From positions 1 to 48,636 of the forward strand of contig CDMY01000576.1 of assembly GCA_001179505.1 (NCBI GenBank): a stretch of DNA of 48,636 bases, given 5' to 3'. The stretch is from Vitrella brassicaformis CCMP3155. Its lineage: Eukaryota > Protista > Chromerida. Shown one piece after another: positions 32,235-45,719 of this stretch (position 1 is its first letter; every line of letters starts with the position of its first letter). The position numbers were made by a program, and so were the translations under genes. The notes under the pieces are model-generated. The model had not been told where the DNA came from, made no database searches, and saw only the letters and a program-made list of their open reading frames with translations.

Positions 32235-32739
32235 CTATTCCGCCCGAGAATCGATGAAGCTGAAGTTCTCGGGGGCGAATTTGCGGAAGCATGGAAGGAC
32301 TGTGCCAACAGCACGCCACACACACAGACGCACGCACACAACCCCGCACAACGCTCCAGCTGTCACACGTTTTCTTTCCTCTCTAATCTGCCAGCCTACC
32401 TCGGGCGAAGGTGACATCGACGAAATCTTCCCCTCGGCCTGTTCCGCGGTGCGCAAGTTCGTCCACTGACTCAAGGCCAATCTCTATCTCATCCAGGAGG
32501 TAGTCGATGGTTGGAGCTGAGTCGCACCACTGCCGCTTGATTCGCCGAAGAATGAAAGACTTGAACTCGTCGATGTCCACAGGAGGATGGGGGATGTCCC
32601 TCGGTGTCGTCAGCGTGAGAACCACATCTCGGTGCGGGAAGAAGTTGATCAGACAAACGACCTTGAAGTTGGCGGCATTTGTATTGGCGGACTGGACAGA
32701 TGAGCTGCCGGACTGGACAGATGAGCTGCCATTTCCCAT
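32235..32739 (-). CDS. Small protein (134 aa, 2 exons) with an N-myristoylation motif
   Basis: MGNGSSSVQS... Exon 1 is 32739-32400 and exon 2 is 32299-32235, joined in phase to VLPCFRKFAPENFSFIDSRAE*. Confidence 0.65.
32689..32730 (-). repeat. Perfect 21-bp in-frame tandem duplication (GSSSVQS x2)
   Basis: ggactggacagatgagctgcc twice (32689-32709, 32710-32730). Confidence 0.95.
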
Positions 32740-33079
32740 CCGCAGGGATTGGCCCTTGCCCTTGCCCCTCGCTTTGGGGGCGAGACTGGGGGCACAATTC
32801 AAGCTCGCCGTTTTCGGGGAGGGGGAGGAGGAAAGAGGGAGGCAGCGGGGGATGCTGGGATGCCTTTGCTGAGTTGCTGCGCGCCTCCCTGCCCCTCTGA
32901 TCTGTGTGATCTGTTTCACTTTCCAGCGGTGGCAGGTCACCCTGCGATCACTGCTTTTCACTGTCGAGCAGGTCAAGACTTCTTTCTGATGGACAGAATG
33001 AGAAGGTTGTTCACTGACAGATGATGTCGAGTCAAGATGTTGGTAGATTGATTCAACGAACGTCCTCCAATCGGGAGAT

Positions 33080-35053
33080 ATGAACGATGAGATTGGCGAC
33101 TTCAGGACTGGCAATGGTGAGTCAATATGAGAGGCAGCCAGACACACACGGCGCCCGCCGATGAGCACGGAGACCACATCTGTGCACAATCGCACGGCTC
33201 TTACACTGGTTGGTGTTCCCTCCTGTGTGTGTCGATGCGATGTGTGTGTCAGGGCCGGTCCTCACTCGCACGCCGCAGGACGCTCTCTGCTCCCCGGAGC
33301 ATATGCTCCCGCGGCACTCGTTCGTCCCGCCACCCTACGCACACCCCTTCTCCACTCCCACCCCTGCCCCTCCTCCATTCGGCTATCACCCGATGGCCTC
33401 ACCACCACCACCAGCGCCGAAGCCGCCCATAGAAGTCATTGACAGGTGCGCACACGACGAGCGCACAGACCGCATGAGCAGCTGGGCAAGAGTGTGTGTT
33501 GTGTTGTGTTGTGTTGTGGATGTGTGTGCAGTGGTCCTCCGTGGACGGCCGAGGACGACGAGTCGTTGCTCAAGTATGCGCGCGAGAGCAGCGGCCGCAG
33601 CTGGAAGCACATCGCCAGGCAGTTCTCCAGCCCAACGCGCACCGAGGCCGAGTGCATGAGCCGCTGGAAGACTATCATCAAACCTGGCGCTAAGGTATCG
33701 TACCCTAGCCCCGCCACACACATCCAACACTCACGCCCACATCCCTCCTCCCCTCCCTCCTCTGCTGTGTGTTGTGTGTCAGGGGCCCTGGACACCTGAG
33801 GAGGATGAGTTTCTGTATGGGCTGGTGCTCGAGTACGGTCCGTCGCGATGGACGGATGTGGCTCGCGAGGTCAACCTGCACATCCACGCCAAGGAGGGCG
33901 GCGGGAGGGGGGAGGCCTGGCACGTCCGGACGGGCAAGCAGTGCCGCGAGAGGTGGTGCAACCACCTCGACCCCACCATCAGACGGTGCGTGATGCGACA
34001 TGGCAGGTGGTGTGATCGTGTCTGTGATCGTGCGTGCGTGTGTGTGTGTGTGGTTGGTTGGTTCAGGGGGGCATGGTCGGCAGAGGAGGATGCCATTATC
34101 ATCCAGCGGCAGAACGCCATCGGCAACAAGTGGGCTGAAATCGCCAAGGCGCTCAACGGTACGGTACACAAACCAAACCCGCTCCCATGCACCACACACA
34201 CGGACCCATTAATGCATCTTTCCCCGTCTCTCTCTCTCGTGTGTCAGGTCGCACCGAGAACTCGGTCAAGAACCGGTTCAACTCGCTGATGCGCAAGAAC
34301 ATGCGGGCCATCTACGCCTCCGACGGCTCCGTCACCCTCGTCCCCCCAAACCCCGCTGCAGCCGCCGGCGGATCGGTCACCGCACAAAAGACACAGCCGT
34401 TGTCGGGGGGTGGCCCACTGGACAACGGCAAGGGGGGCGAGGCGGTGGTCCACAGCACCACCAACACGCCACCGTCGCCATGGGCGGTATCGGACAGCAG
34501 CATGGGCATCGGCGGGAGAGATCGTGGGGGAGATGATGGGCATGGGTGTGAGTGTGGGGATGAGGGGGACAACGAGAGTGGAGACGAGGACATGGTCGAT
34601 GGCGACGGCGATGGGGAGAGCGACGAGGGGGACGATGAGGATCATGCGACCAGTGGCGACCAGATGGGGCTGTCGGAAGGTACGCGTGTGTGCATTTCTA
34701 TGTGGGAGGACAGACACACAGACACACAGACACACACACACACACACATCTTGACCATCTCTCTCTGTCTCTCTCTCTCTCCCTCAGTTGACTACTTCAG
34801 TCGTCTTCCGCCGTACCAGCAGCAGGGGCGGCACGGGGGAGGGTTAATCGGTGGCAACAAGGCCGTACTGCCTGTCCACACCAGCAGCACCGGCAGCAGC
34901 AGGAAGGCCCAGCCCCTGTTCACCTTCGACATCCCCCCTGGCGCACTGCCCGTCCCATGCAGCAGCGAAGACCCCTTCATCGTCTCGCCATACGCACACG
35001 TGAGTTCCTCCTTGTCGGCCACCCATCCCTCCCTCCAGCCATCCATCCATTGT

Positions 35054-35087
<34 letters not shown>

Positions 35088-36685
35088 CAGTCAAGTCTTT
35101 TCGGTGACCTGCCCACGATGCCCCTCAACGGGACCGGCAGCGGCAGCATCGTCGTGGCCGCCCCACGCCCCTCATCCCAGGCCAACGGCAAGAGCGGCAA
35201 ACTGTCGCCGCCCAAACCGCTCACCAACGGCCACAGCAGCAGCAGCCACAACGGGAATGGCCACCACAACGGCAACGGGGATGACTCAGTGTATCAGCAG
35301 AGCACTACGGTGGGCGGCGGCAACTCCAACAACGGCACCAATGGCTCGGGGTCAGGCGACTCGGACAAGAGCAATGGCAACGGCTCCGAGGGCAGCGACT
35401 CGGGCGGTGGCGGGAGCGGCAGCAATAGCAAGAATGGGGCCAAGGGCGCCGGTGGCGGTGGTGGTGGCAAGAACGGACACGGCACGACCACCAGCAATGG
35501 CCACTCATCTGCGTCGAAAGGTGGCCACTCCAGCCACAGCCGCACCATCAAGAGCTCCGACACCGGCTCGCGCAGCGACCCCACTCCCCACACCCACGCC
35601 CACAGCTCCCCAGTCATGCCGCCGCGATGGAGCCCCCCGGCCTCCCGCGAGCATCGCCCATCTGGTGGCCAGACGGGAATGATATCAGGGTCCAAGAGCG
35701 AGCCTGGTGTGTGTGTGGCGGGGGGCCCGTCCACCGATGAGGAAGACATGCAAGACGATCGGTGAGCGACCGAGCGACAGAGAGAGAGAGAGAGAGGCCA
35801 CCCCGACGAATGGATGGATGGATGGATGTCTCTCTCCGTCTGTGTGTGTGTGTGTGCAGTTCTGCGTATTCTGGCTCTGCGGTGTATCGCGTTCACTACT
35901 ACAAGCGCCGCCGAGCGTCCCCTGCCCACGGCCACATCCCAGGGCCCCTCCCTTCCCCTCTGGCCGGCCTTCGAGGCCTCAAGCAGCGCATCAGAGACCT
36001 CAAGCAGCCACAGGGGCCAGAGGAGCTCAGCCTGGCCACGCACTTGTCGCATATTCGGCAGAGGTACCAGCGACTCGTGTCTGATATTGACGAGGAGGGC
36101 GATGAGGATGCGGCGGCGGATGTGGTCATGGCTGGTGGTGACATGGGGGCGTTACCGCCGTTGTTTCAGGACGTTCCCGGCCACAGCGGTCCGCACGGCA
36201 GCCGTCCGTCCAACCTCCCTTTGTCCATGTACGCCGGGCTCCCGGTGACGCCGCTCCCAATCGACACACACCCCAATGGCACTAACGGCAAGGAGAGTGG
36301 GTACGGCAGCATGTATCCCCGACCGGGTCAGGCCTACCCCCAAGGCAGCCCCCACCTCCGCAGCCACCCCTACTACCTCCCTCTTGGTCACCCACAGCCC
36401 CTCCCCCATCATGCCCACTACCATCACCCGATCGCCCACCCCCACTCGCAGACCCACAACTACCTGCATTCACACCCACTCGCCCCCCTGGCTGCACACG
36501 CCATGGAGCCGCCACCGCCCTCGGACTCTTCGGGTGGCGGTAAGGGCGGCCACCTGCTGGACGGGGAGAGCGAGGCGCTGCGGAGTCTGCAGGCCATGCA
36601 GATTGTGCGGACGGAGGGGAGGATCCAGGGGCCGTCGCCGCCCTACGCCATCCCAACACCGCCCTCTTTTGGATGCTCGGCATAG
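33080..36685 (+). CDS. Three-repeat (R1R2R3) MYB transcription factor with a long low-complexity C-terminus; start uncertain (33080 or 33127)
   Basis: R1 PWTAEDDESLL...SWKHIA...RTEAECMSRWKTIIKP; R2 GPWTPEEDEFL...RWTDVA...RTGKQCRERWCNHLDP; R3 GAWSAEEDAII...GNKWAEIAKALNGRTENSVKNRFNS. The final exon ends GCSA* at 36685. Confidence 0.9.
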
Positions 36686-36699
36686 CTTGCTTAGCTGGG

Positions 36700-38000
36700 A
36701 TTGAAATGGATGGATGGATGGATGGATGGATTGGCAAGTGGTGTGTGGGTGATGGGTCTGTCGAGGGATGTTATGCCTTTTTGCTCGCTCATTGGCCGGG
36801 GGGATGTACAGATAGACAGACAGACAGCATGATGGACGGGAGCCGTGTACGTGTGTATGTGTGTGTGGTGTGCTGTGATGTGGGGTAGCGGATTTTTCCG
36901 GGCGTGTGTGTGTCGTGCGTGCGGCGGCGTGGGTGTGGGGGTGCAATGCGTGCAATGCAGGCAGACAGACAGACAGGCAAGTTTGTGATCACTGATCAAG
37001 CCAAAGGGTGACGGGGATGTGCACACGACCACGTTTCTCCTCTGTCTGCCTGCCTGTCTGCCTGTGTCTCTGGAGAGGTACGACGCAGGGCGTGGCTGGG
37101 CGGCTCTTGTCTGTCTGTCTGATAGATAGACCTCGAGAAGAGACAAAGCCGACCAGCCCGCCTGACTGCCTCTTGGCTGTCTAGTGAGTGAAGTGGATAG
37201 CAGCAAGCGAAGCAGCGTCTGTCTGGTTGTAATCGCGGGCGCATGCTTTGCTGTGATGCTTTTTGGTGGGGTACATGCCTAGCGTGCCTGTGGCTTTGCT
37301 ATTTCTGCCTGTCGGGGGATGGATTGATGGATTGCGCGTCTCTGTCTGTCTGTCTGTCTGTCTGTCGATGTGTGCAATGGGGAAGCTTTCAACGGTGGAT
37401 GGGAAGGGGATGGCTACATGGATCTCACTCACACTACCTCTCTTGGTGTCTGTCTATTTTTCCCCATTTGCTGTGGGTGCGCATGGCTGGCGTGTGTGCC
37501 GTGCCGCACAGCCAATGGGTGGATGGGATGAGTCGATGAACAGGTCGTTCCTAAAAGGACAGATAACGGCCGTTTGGGCGAGTTGGGGTGGCCTGAGGGC
37601 ATGGACAGCGTGTGTGCAGGTTGGGTGTCCTTGGCTGAGCTGTTTTTGCGTCACATTGCGGTGCGTGCGTTCGTGCATGCGTGAGCTTTGCATGCCCGTG
37701 TGTGTCGACGGACTGGCTAAATCAATCAATGGTCCGAAGAAATAGTGCCTCCGAGGGCTGTGGTGCCGCACGCACACAATATTTTCCTCCTCTTAACACA
37801 GTGGTTCCATTATGTAGATTGCAATAAACCATGGCAAAAAAAGTGTCACCTGTGCCCCCCACAGCACATACCAAATGAACGTCTCCTCCCCCACCGCACC
37901 TCTCCCTACCCTCCCACACATCGACCCTATAGTGCACCACACACACCACAGCACACCACAGCACAGCACACTAGCCGGCCTCATCTGATCTGACTGATCC
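36700..38000. repeat. Microsatellite-rich intergenic region between the convergent MYB and CHD genes
   Basis: (ATGG)n at ~36707-36730, (GT)n, and (CAGA)n/(TCTG)n tracts; no coherent exon chain found. Confidence 0.6.
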
Positions 38001-38025
38001 ATCGTCTGTGTGCATCTCCTTCTCC

Positions 38026-39710
38026 CTATCGTGGCAGCTGACTCAGCCCCTCGTTGCTGCTGGCCAGTCGAGCCGGGCTGGACGAGGCCGCAGCAGCTGC
38101 TGGCACACCTATGGCAGCTCCACCACCAACACCGAGATCCCCACCAGCACTGCTGACGCCCCCTCCAAGACGGGGCGGTTGCGGTGGGCGATGCGCATGG
38201 CCGCTCAGCGTCGGACCAGTCGATGGAAGGACACCAACACCAGCAGCAGCGGCACCAGCAGCAGCAGCAGCAGCTCGAGCGGGAGGCGACAAGGCAGCGG
38301 CATTGGCATTGGCCCGCGGCGAGGGAGGGTCATTGGTGAGGTCGGTGCTCACGACGGGATTGCCTGGGGGCTGCTGGGGGTGTGGATGGCCTTGGCTTGG
38401 GGATCGCGGCACAGCCCAGCCGTTGGTGTGTCTGGGCGAGGCAGGTGGCGGCCAGCCTTGCGCGGCGACCATGCCATTGTGGGCATACCAGCCAGCCACA
38501 GTGGACGGCAGCCGACGTTTCAGCGGCGGGATGGCGATGGCCTCCTGCACCCGGGAAGGGCTGACGCGCGCCAGTTCCGCCGCCTCCACCTGGCTCAACG
38601 GCGTGTGCAGAAAACGGCTGTCGATGTGGTTGTAATACCTTCATCACACACACACACACACACACACAAACTGGTGTGTGTCCCCTCCCTCCCTCCCTCC
38701 CTCTCTGTGTGCCCACATACCAGTCTCTGACGATGGTTGGGCTCTTTTTGCCGCGTCTGCCGACGCCCGTGAGGGCCTCGAAGCGTGTGACCATCTCGGC
38801 AACGTACTGCCAGTCGATCTCATAGAAGTCCGGCGGCGGCCAGCGCATATAGACCCTGAGTGACCAAACCAGCGAACCAATCGATGGATTGAACACACGC
38901 ACACACACACGCACACACGCACACACACACACACACGCACACACGTACCACTCGGTGGTATCGGACGGAAGGCTGGGGTCATCCTCTCTCCGCAGCGCCC
39001 GCAGGTATCGCACCAGCAGCTTAACAAAGAGGTCCGAGGAGCAAGTGAACCGCTCCCCGACGGCCTTGGCGAGCTCCGCCTGAATGCCGTATTCCATGTC
39101 GTCGGGCTGTGCGCCGCGCCGCCCGATGCGCAGTGCGTTTGCCTGCGGGCATAGGCTGCTGAGCTCCTGCTGCAGGACGGCCGATGCGACCCAATTGGCC
39201 GTCTCGCCCGCCCGGCGCAGAGCTGTCATGAAGTCCATGTCGGCCGCTTCCCACGCCTGAACCAACGAAGGCAGCAGATGCGATACGGCCATTCGCACGT
39301 TTTCTCCCGCCGTCTGTGGTTTCATTCATTAATCTGTGAGTGCCTTACGGCAGTGACTGCGCGCCATATGGTGTTCCAGTGCGCCCAGATGTTGGCTGGG
39401 ACGTTCTCGCAATCGTGGTCGAAGTTGCGTACCATGGCCAGCGTGAGCACTGTACCCGAGGGCACCGCTCCGAAGGCCCTGCAGCAGACCGACACAGATG
39501 GAAAAATGATTCTGCAGGTTTGTCGGTGTCTTGGCTTGTTGGTTTGATGTGACCTGAGCATCTTGAAGAGGATCCAGTCGACGTCGCAGGTGCCCGTTGG
39601 GCCGACGTCAGTCTTCTGTTGCCGCTTCCTGCCGCCCATACCCACGCCCATACCCATGCCAGCCGTCTCATACTCATCTTCTGCACAACACACACGCACA
39701 CAAACACACA

Positions 39711-39743
<33 letters not shown>

Positions 39744-42700
39744 GAGAATGGGCCTCACTATCCCTCCATGCAGTTAGCCAGCCATTTCTGACCCTCCTGA
39801 CGATCCTGCTCCAGCAGCGGGCCCTCTTCCTCAAGGTCGACGAACTCTTCATCCTCCTCCCGCCGACGCCGATGCGCGTAATGCCCCCGCCGCATACTCA
39901 TGCCGTGGATACTCCGCACGCGGCTCTCGATGGTATCCATCTCCTCCTCCCCACTGTCCCTGCTCGAAGGCACCATGCTGCCCGGGTCCACATCGTCGGG
40001 GTTCTGCCGGGGGCGCCGGCGACGCGCTGACCGCTCCAGAGGGGTAGGGGCCTCATCTTGCTCGGGATGGGGAACCAGCAGCCGGGCGGCCTGGTAGAGG
40101 AAGTCTGGCGATGTGGGATCTGACAGAGAAACAGCCAGACAGACAGACAGACAGGCAGACATCCAGACAGGCTGGTCTTTCGGGCATTGTTTGCTGGGTG
40201 GTGATTACCGAGTCCTTTGAGAGCCTCGTTTTGCCCGAGGAGGTCAGCGTCGCCGTCCTTGTCTGATCCGACGAAGGTTGCGGTGGAGAAGGTGGTGACG
40301 CCGCCTTCGCTGAGCTGAACCCTGGCCTTGTGGGCGTAGGTCTGCAAGATGGCGTCAATCGACGACCGCTCGAATGCCGCTGCCTCCTCGCTCGTCGTCT
40401 CGTCAGCTGAAGGCAGGTGCACCCAAGGAAAGACAGAGAGAGAAAGTGGCGAATCTTGTGTGTGTGTGTGTGTGTGCGTGTGTGTGTACGTTTGAATGCG
40501 GCGAATATGCCTTTGGTGAGGAGCTCTTCCTCCTGCTTTTTGTCGAGCTTGGTGGCCTGCTGACCTGACCCGCCCATCAACACCTACACACACACATACA
40601 CACACACCTCTTCGCACACGCACACACCCCCGACATACACGCATTTAAAGCTGACTGACCTTCTCGAGCCCAAGTTTCTTCCCTGCAATGTCGAAGAGCA
40701 GGTGCTGCTCGTAGGTCTGCTTCATGACGAGCTGGTAGACCTGTACCTCCTCAGTCTGGCCGATGCGGTGGCACCTGCTCTGCGCCTGGAGGTCATGCTG
40801 GGGATTGAAGTCGCTGTCGTAGTGCACCACGGCCGTAGCGGCCGTGAGGTTGATGCCCACACCGCCCGAACGAGTGGTCGATAGGAAGATGAATCGCTCG
40901 GGGTCGCTGTTGAACCTGGTTGACAGACACACAGGCACACAGGCATCTGAGTTCCTCGTCTCTTGAGTGTACCTTTCCTAACTGGTGTCCGCACCTGTCG
41001 ATGGCGAGCTGTCTTTCCTCCCCCTTGGTCTGTCCATCGACTCGCTCCCACAGCCACCCACACAGCTCGATGTAGTCCTCCAGGCGGTCCAACGTCTGTG
41101 TGAACTGCGAGAAGAGGAGCACTTTCCTGTTCTCCTGTTTGAGCTTGTGCAGGAGCTTGTCGAGGAACACCAGCTTCCCCGACACCTGGCGGTGCAAACG
41201 GCGCAGGTACGCCGCATCGCTCTCGCCAGCTGCACCCACCCCACACAGAGAGGAGAGGATATCAGTCTGTGGTGTGCCTGTCGGTAGTGTGGTCTGTCTG
41301 TCTGTTGGCACATTCCCTGACTGACCTTCCTGCTTGGCCTGCTCTCCGAGCTTTCCGTCCTTGAGCAGCTCGAACAGATTCTGCACCAAGTAGGGATGGT
41401 TGCAGACCTTCCGAAGCTGCATCAATGAATGACATGAGAGCACCACACACACGACAGCAGTGCCAGCTGGTGTGGTGTTTTCCCCGCACACACACGAGCT
41501 TACCGCCATGGGAACGTTCTTCAGGGCGTACCAGCGCCATCCACCTTGCTGTTCTGTCAGGACTCCCTTGCCGTAGACGAGGGCGTAGCAGCGCTTCTGC
41601 AGCAGGGTGAGGGGGATCTGCACGATCTGCACCTCCTTGGGCGGCAGATCCTTCAGCACACCCGTCTTCTCCCTATACACCCACACAGAAAGGTGAGAAC
41701 GTGCGTGTGGGTGGGGTGCGTCATCAGGGTGGCCCACCTTCTCAGGTAGTACGGCACCATGAGCTCTCTCAGCCTGTCCACACGGTCACTGCAGGCAGAC
41801 AGACAGACAGACAGGCCACACAACGCAGAGAATGCCGGCTGCACTGCGCGCGTGTGTTGTCCGTACGTGTGTTCCTCCAGCTCGCCAAACTCCGCCAAGA
41901 AACGGGACTGCGACCTGTGCACACACACACACACGCACGCGCATGTGGAAAGACATACACACACGGGTGAGTCCCTTTCCTTCCATGTGGCTGCCTGCTG
42001 GCTTCCCAGCCATGCATATGCATGCAGCAGGTGCGGAGCGTGCGCACACACCATATGTTGTCGTCTTTGGGTGTGTCTTGGCGGGCTCCCTTGCCAGACG
42101 GCTCCTCCTTGTATGGGAAGCGTGGCGGGTCGGCCAGGTGCAAAAAGGGGAAGATCTCGGCGGGGCGGTTCTGCACCAGAGTGCCTGAAGGAATGAACAA
42201 AAAGAGAGAGAAAAGGCAACGGACGGGCAGTGGTGTGAAGGAAGGCGTGATATGAGTGAGTGGTCCCCGTCGGTCCGTCCCCCACCCCTAACGACCGGTG
42301 AGCATGATGAACATGTCGGCTTTGACCCGCTCGACGATAGTCATGAACACCTGAGTCTCCGCCCCGCTCTACAGACGGCACGCACACACCACACAGCACC
42401 CAACACACACATGGATGGATCGATGGATGGCGGCCCTACTGCTCACCCTGAGGCGCTGCACCTCATCCAGGATGACCGCCGTCCACTTCCAGCTGCCCCC
42501 ATCACGTTGGCACATGCTCGCGAACTCGGCCATGGCGAGCATCTCGTAACTGCACAGCACCACGTCGGGCTTCATCACCTTGACTCGCCACTTGTCGGCC
42601 GCAGCAGCGGCAGCATGCACATTGGGGACCGTCTGGCCCGTCTGGGCGTCCATCCACCGAATCTCGTGGCTCATGATGAGCTGACGGTCCTCAACGCCCC

Positions 42701-45372
42701 CTGCACGCAACACACATGAATGGATGGATGGATGGATGGATGGGCGTACACAGAGGCATACCGAGGAATGGCAGCACGTTAAGGTGGGGAGTCCACTGCT
42801 CAAACTCCCGCCGCCAATTCAGCAGGGTCGTCTTGGGCACCACACACAGCACATGCGGCCGTACTCCACCCGAGGCCCCACTCGCCCGGTCCATGAGGTG
42901 CTCCGCCGTCACAATCGACTGGCAGCTCTTCCCCAGCCCCATCTCGTCACACAGGAGCGCGCCGCGGCTCTGCGAGTGGTTCCAGAGAATCCACTGGATG
43001 CCTTTTAGCTGGTGCGGCAGCAGCGACATGTACCGCGCTTCATCGACCGCAGTGGTCGCATCGCCATTGGTTTTGGAGGGGAGGTAGGTGCCGTCGGGCA
43101 GCACCTTGCGAGCCGCGAAATCCGTCCAGCTGGCGCTGACGCCATCGGTGACCTGGAGAGCCTTCGCTGCGTCACCATCAGTATCAGCAGCGGCAGCAGC
43201 GGCAGCAGCAGGAGGGTTCGAAGGTGATTGTGTCGGTGGCTGTGGGTCGGCTGCCCCCGCCGCCGCTGCGGCCTTGAGGGCCTCTTCGCGCATCTTGGCG
43301 AGCTGGTCAGGGGGCGGCGGTGTGAACGTTGGAAAGACAAACGACGCATTGGCCTCCTCAAACCTGATGAATGAAGTAATCGGACGGACATACAGCGGTT
43401 GCCTTCGTGGTGCGCGCTTGTGTGTCTGCCGCCTGCCCACCCACCTCTGTATGGCGCGTCTGTCTTTGTGAGATGTGAGTGCGGTGGCATTCTCCCATGT
43501 CGAGTCCTTGTAGCCGCGCATGTGCCACTTGACCAGATACTGACGCTCGCCTGCCACAGAGGAGGGCGAAGACGACGGCGACGCTGACGTCGGGCTGCGG
43601 GTCCTCTGGTGGGCAAGAAGGGGAGGGAGGGAGGGAGGGAGGGAGGGAGACGACACAGGCGGCGAATAAGAGGGGGTGCATCAATGTGTCCCTGGGTGTG
43701 TGTCTGTGTGTGTGACTTACCATTCGGACAGCGACGATGCGGTCGACCTGTTGGTAGAGCTCGTGGGTGCCCCTCTCCATCGCTGCATGCGACACGGAAT
43801 AGATGGATGGATGGATTGACGGCGGATCCATGTCATGTGTGTCTGTCTGTCTGCCCACCTGAGAGCCCGTATGGTCTGGCGATGTTGTTAGTGCGCCATC
43901 GGTTGAAGTAGCCCTTCCCCGCCACTACCAACACCTCCGCCTCAGTCATCCACCGCAGAGCTCTGCAATGCAAGAGCCGAGCGCGTCTGATCGTTGCTCT
44001 CGTGTTCTACCTGCCGCCTATTCCTTACCGATACGACTCGCCCTTCATCTTGACGAGCAGTTTGACCTCGTCCGAGCCATCCTCCGCCCTGTCGTGCGCC
44101 AGGATGGCCTCGATGCGCCCACTGCCCTCCTCACCTTCATGCTCGTCATCCTGACACCCACCCAAAGAAGAGGTACAGATCGGCGTGCAACAAACCCCAG
44201 TCCCCATGTGTGTTGGTGTGCCTTCTCCTCACTCACCTCGTGCTCCGGTTCCGGCGGCTTCTTCTGTCTCTTCTTCTGTTTCTTCTTCTTGACGGCCTTC
44301 CTCTTGGGGCTGGTCGCGGCACCACTCGCCGCAGGCCGCAGGATAAGCAGCCGGTCCTCGTCCCCAGACTCGTTGGAGGAAGACTCCGGGGACGACTGGG
44401 GCTGGTCGACGGCCATACCCACCGGTTCGTCGTCTTGCTGACCGCCATCCGCTTCAAACTCCTCCTGGCCCTCCTCCTCCGTGTTGCCGCCGTCCTCCTT
44501 GCTGCTGTCCTCCTTCGCTAGGCCTAGCTCCCTGCACAAATTGGAACCAACGGAGGAGCGAAAAGGGGCCATGCTCATGGTGGGTGTGTGTGTCTGTCTG
44601 TCTGTCTGTCTGTCTGTGGCATCCATCCATTGTCTTACGTGCATGTGGGGCACCACCAGTTTTCCTCCGGCACGGCGGTCAGCCTGGGCTCCACAGGGAC
44701 GCATGGCGGATGGAAGCCGCTGTCGCATCCCTCACACAGCATGATGGTTGGCGGCTCCTTGTTGCTGCCGCACACGATGCACCCAATGTCGTCGAAGCGA
44801 ACCTGCAGGGCGTCCCTTAGTGCCCTCTGCCGCTCCTGCACCTCCACCAAATTATCCTCGTCGTCGGCAGCATCGCTGAGAGGCTCCTGCCGATACGCCT
44901 CCGCGAATGGGACGTAGTTGGTGCCAGTGGACGGAAAGAGATCAAAGTTTCGCGCGTGCCCACTGACAGACAGACAGACAGTCAATCCATGCGATGCATG
45001 TTCGTGCGTGTATAGTGCAGCTGTGCGTACTAATTTCTGGATCTGAAGAAGTAGAGGTTGGCGTCCTGCTGCCTGGTCTCCGGCATGGGCGTCGCGAGGT
45101 CTTGATAGGTCTGCGGATCGTTCAAGTCCACAAGCTTGGCCGGCTCGGCAGCGACGCCATGCTGATCCTCGTCGTCGCCGGTACGTCGGGAACGGGCCCA
45201 GCACACCAGCTGAATGCCAACACGGCCCACAGCACAGCACAGCAGAGCAGAGGAAACCTCGGTGAGCGAGAGCGAGTCAAGCACAATGATTGATTGTCAG
45301 CGATTGTGTGCGGTGCTTCTGTACCAGTCGATGGGAACTGTTGTCTGTCGGCGGTGAGCCACCGCCAGGCAT
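38026..45372 (-). CDS. CHD-family chromatin-remodelling ATPase (PHD finger, two chromodomains, SNF2 helicase, C-terminal SANT-like region)
   Basis: PHD CIVC...[15 protein letters not shown]...NWWCPTC; chromo 1 [15 protein letters not shown]; chromo 2 [17 protein letters not shown]; helicase motifs [105 protein letters not shown]. First exon MPGGGSPP (ATG 45372) phases into the downstream exons. Confidence 0.92.
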
Positions 45373-45695
45373 CCTGAAACCGATGAGGGAGCACGAGAGG
45401 CTGAGACGATCGCTCCTGTGTGGGCCGAGTGGCCGCGGGTTTTGTGGGCGAGTGATTTAAGATCAGACTCGGAGGCTCGAATTCATTGCTTGACGTTGGA
45501 TGCGTCTTGCACGCGTCACACGCATGATTCAAACTCTCACGATGGTCAATCGCTCACTCACTCACGGCATCCTGACATAAAAACCGACCGGTCCATCCAT
45601 CGACAATCATTCCATCCATCCACTCACTCACTCACTGACTCACTGACTCACTGACTCACTGTCTTTCTTGACTGATTCACATGCACTGCACTGCT

Positions 45696-45719
45696 TCGAT
45701 CGATCGATCGATCGATCGA
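45696..45719. repeat. (TCGA)6 perfect palindromic microsatellite
   Basis: tcgatcgatcgatcgatcgatcga is its own reverse complement. Confidence 0.95.

Noticed and set aside
33080-45372. Adjacent MYB and CHD (plus nearby SET) genes as a chromatin-regulation cluster
   Set aside because: The genes are convergent or far apart and interspersed with unrelated genes; adjacency alone is not evidence of a functional cluster in a eukaryote
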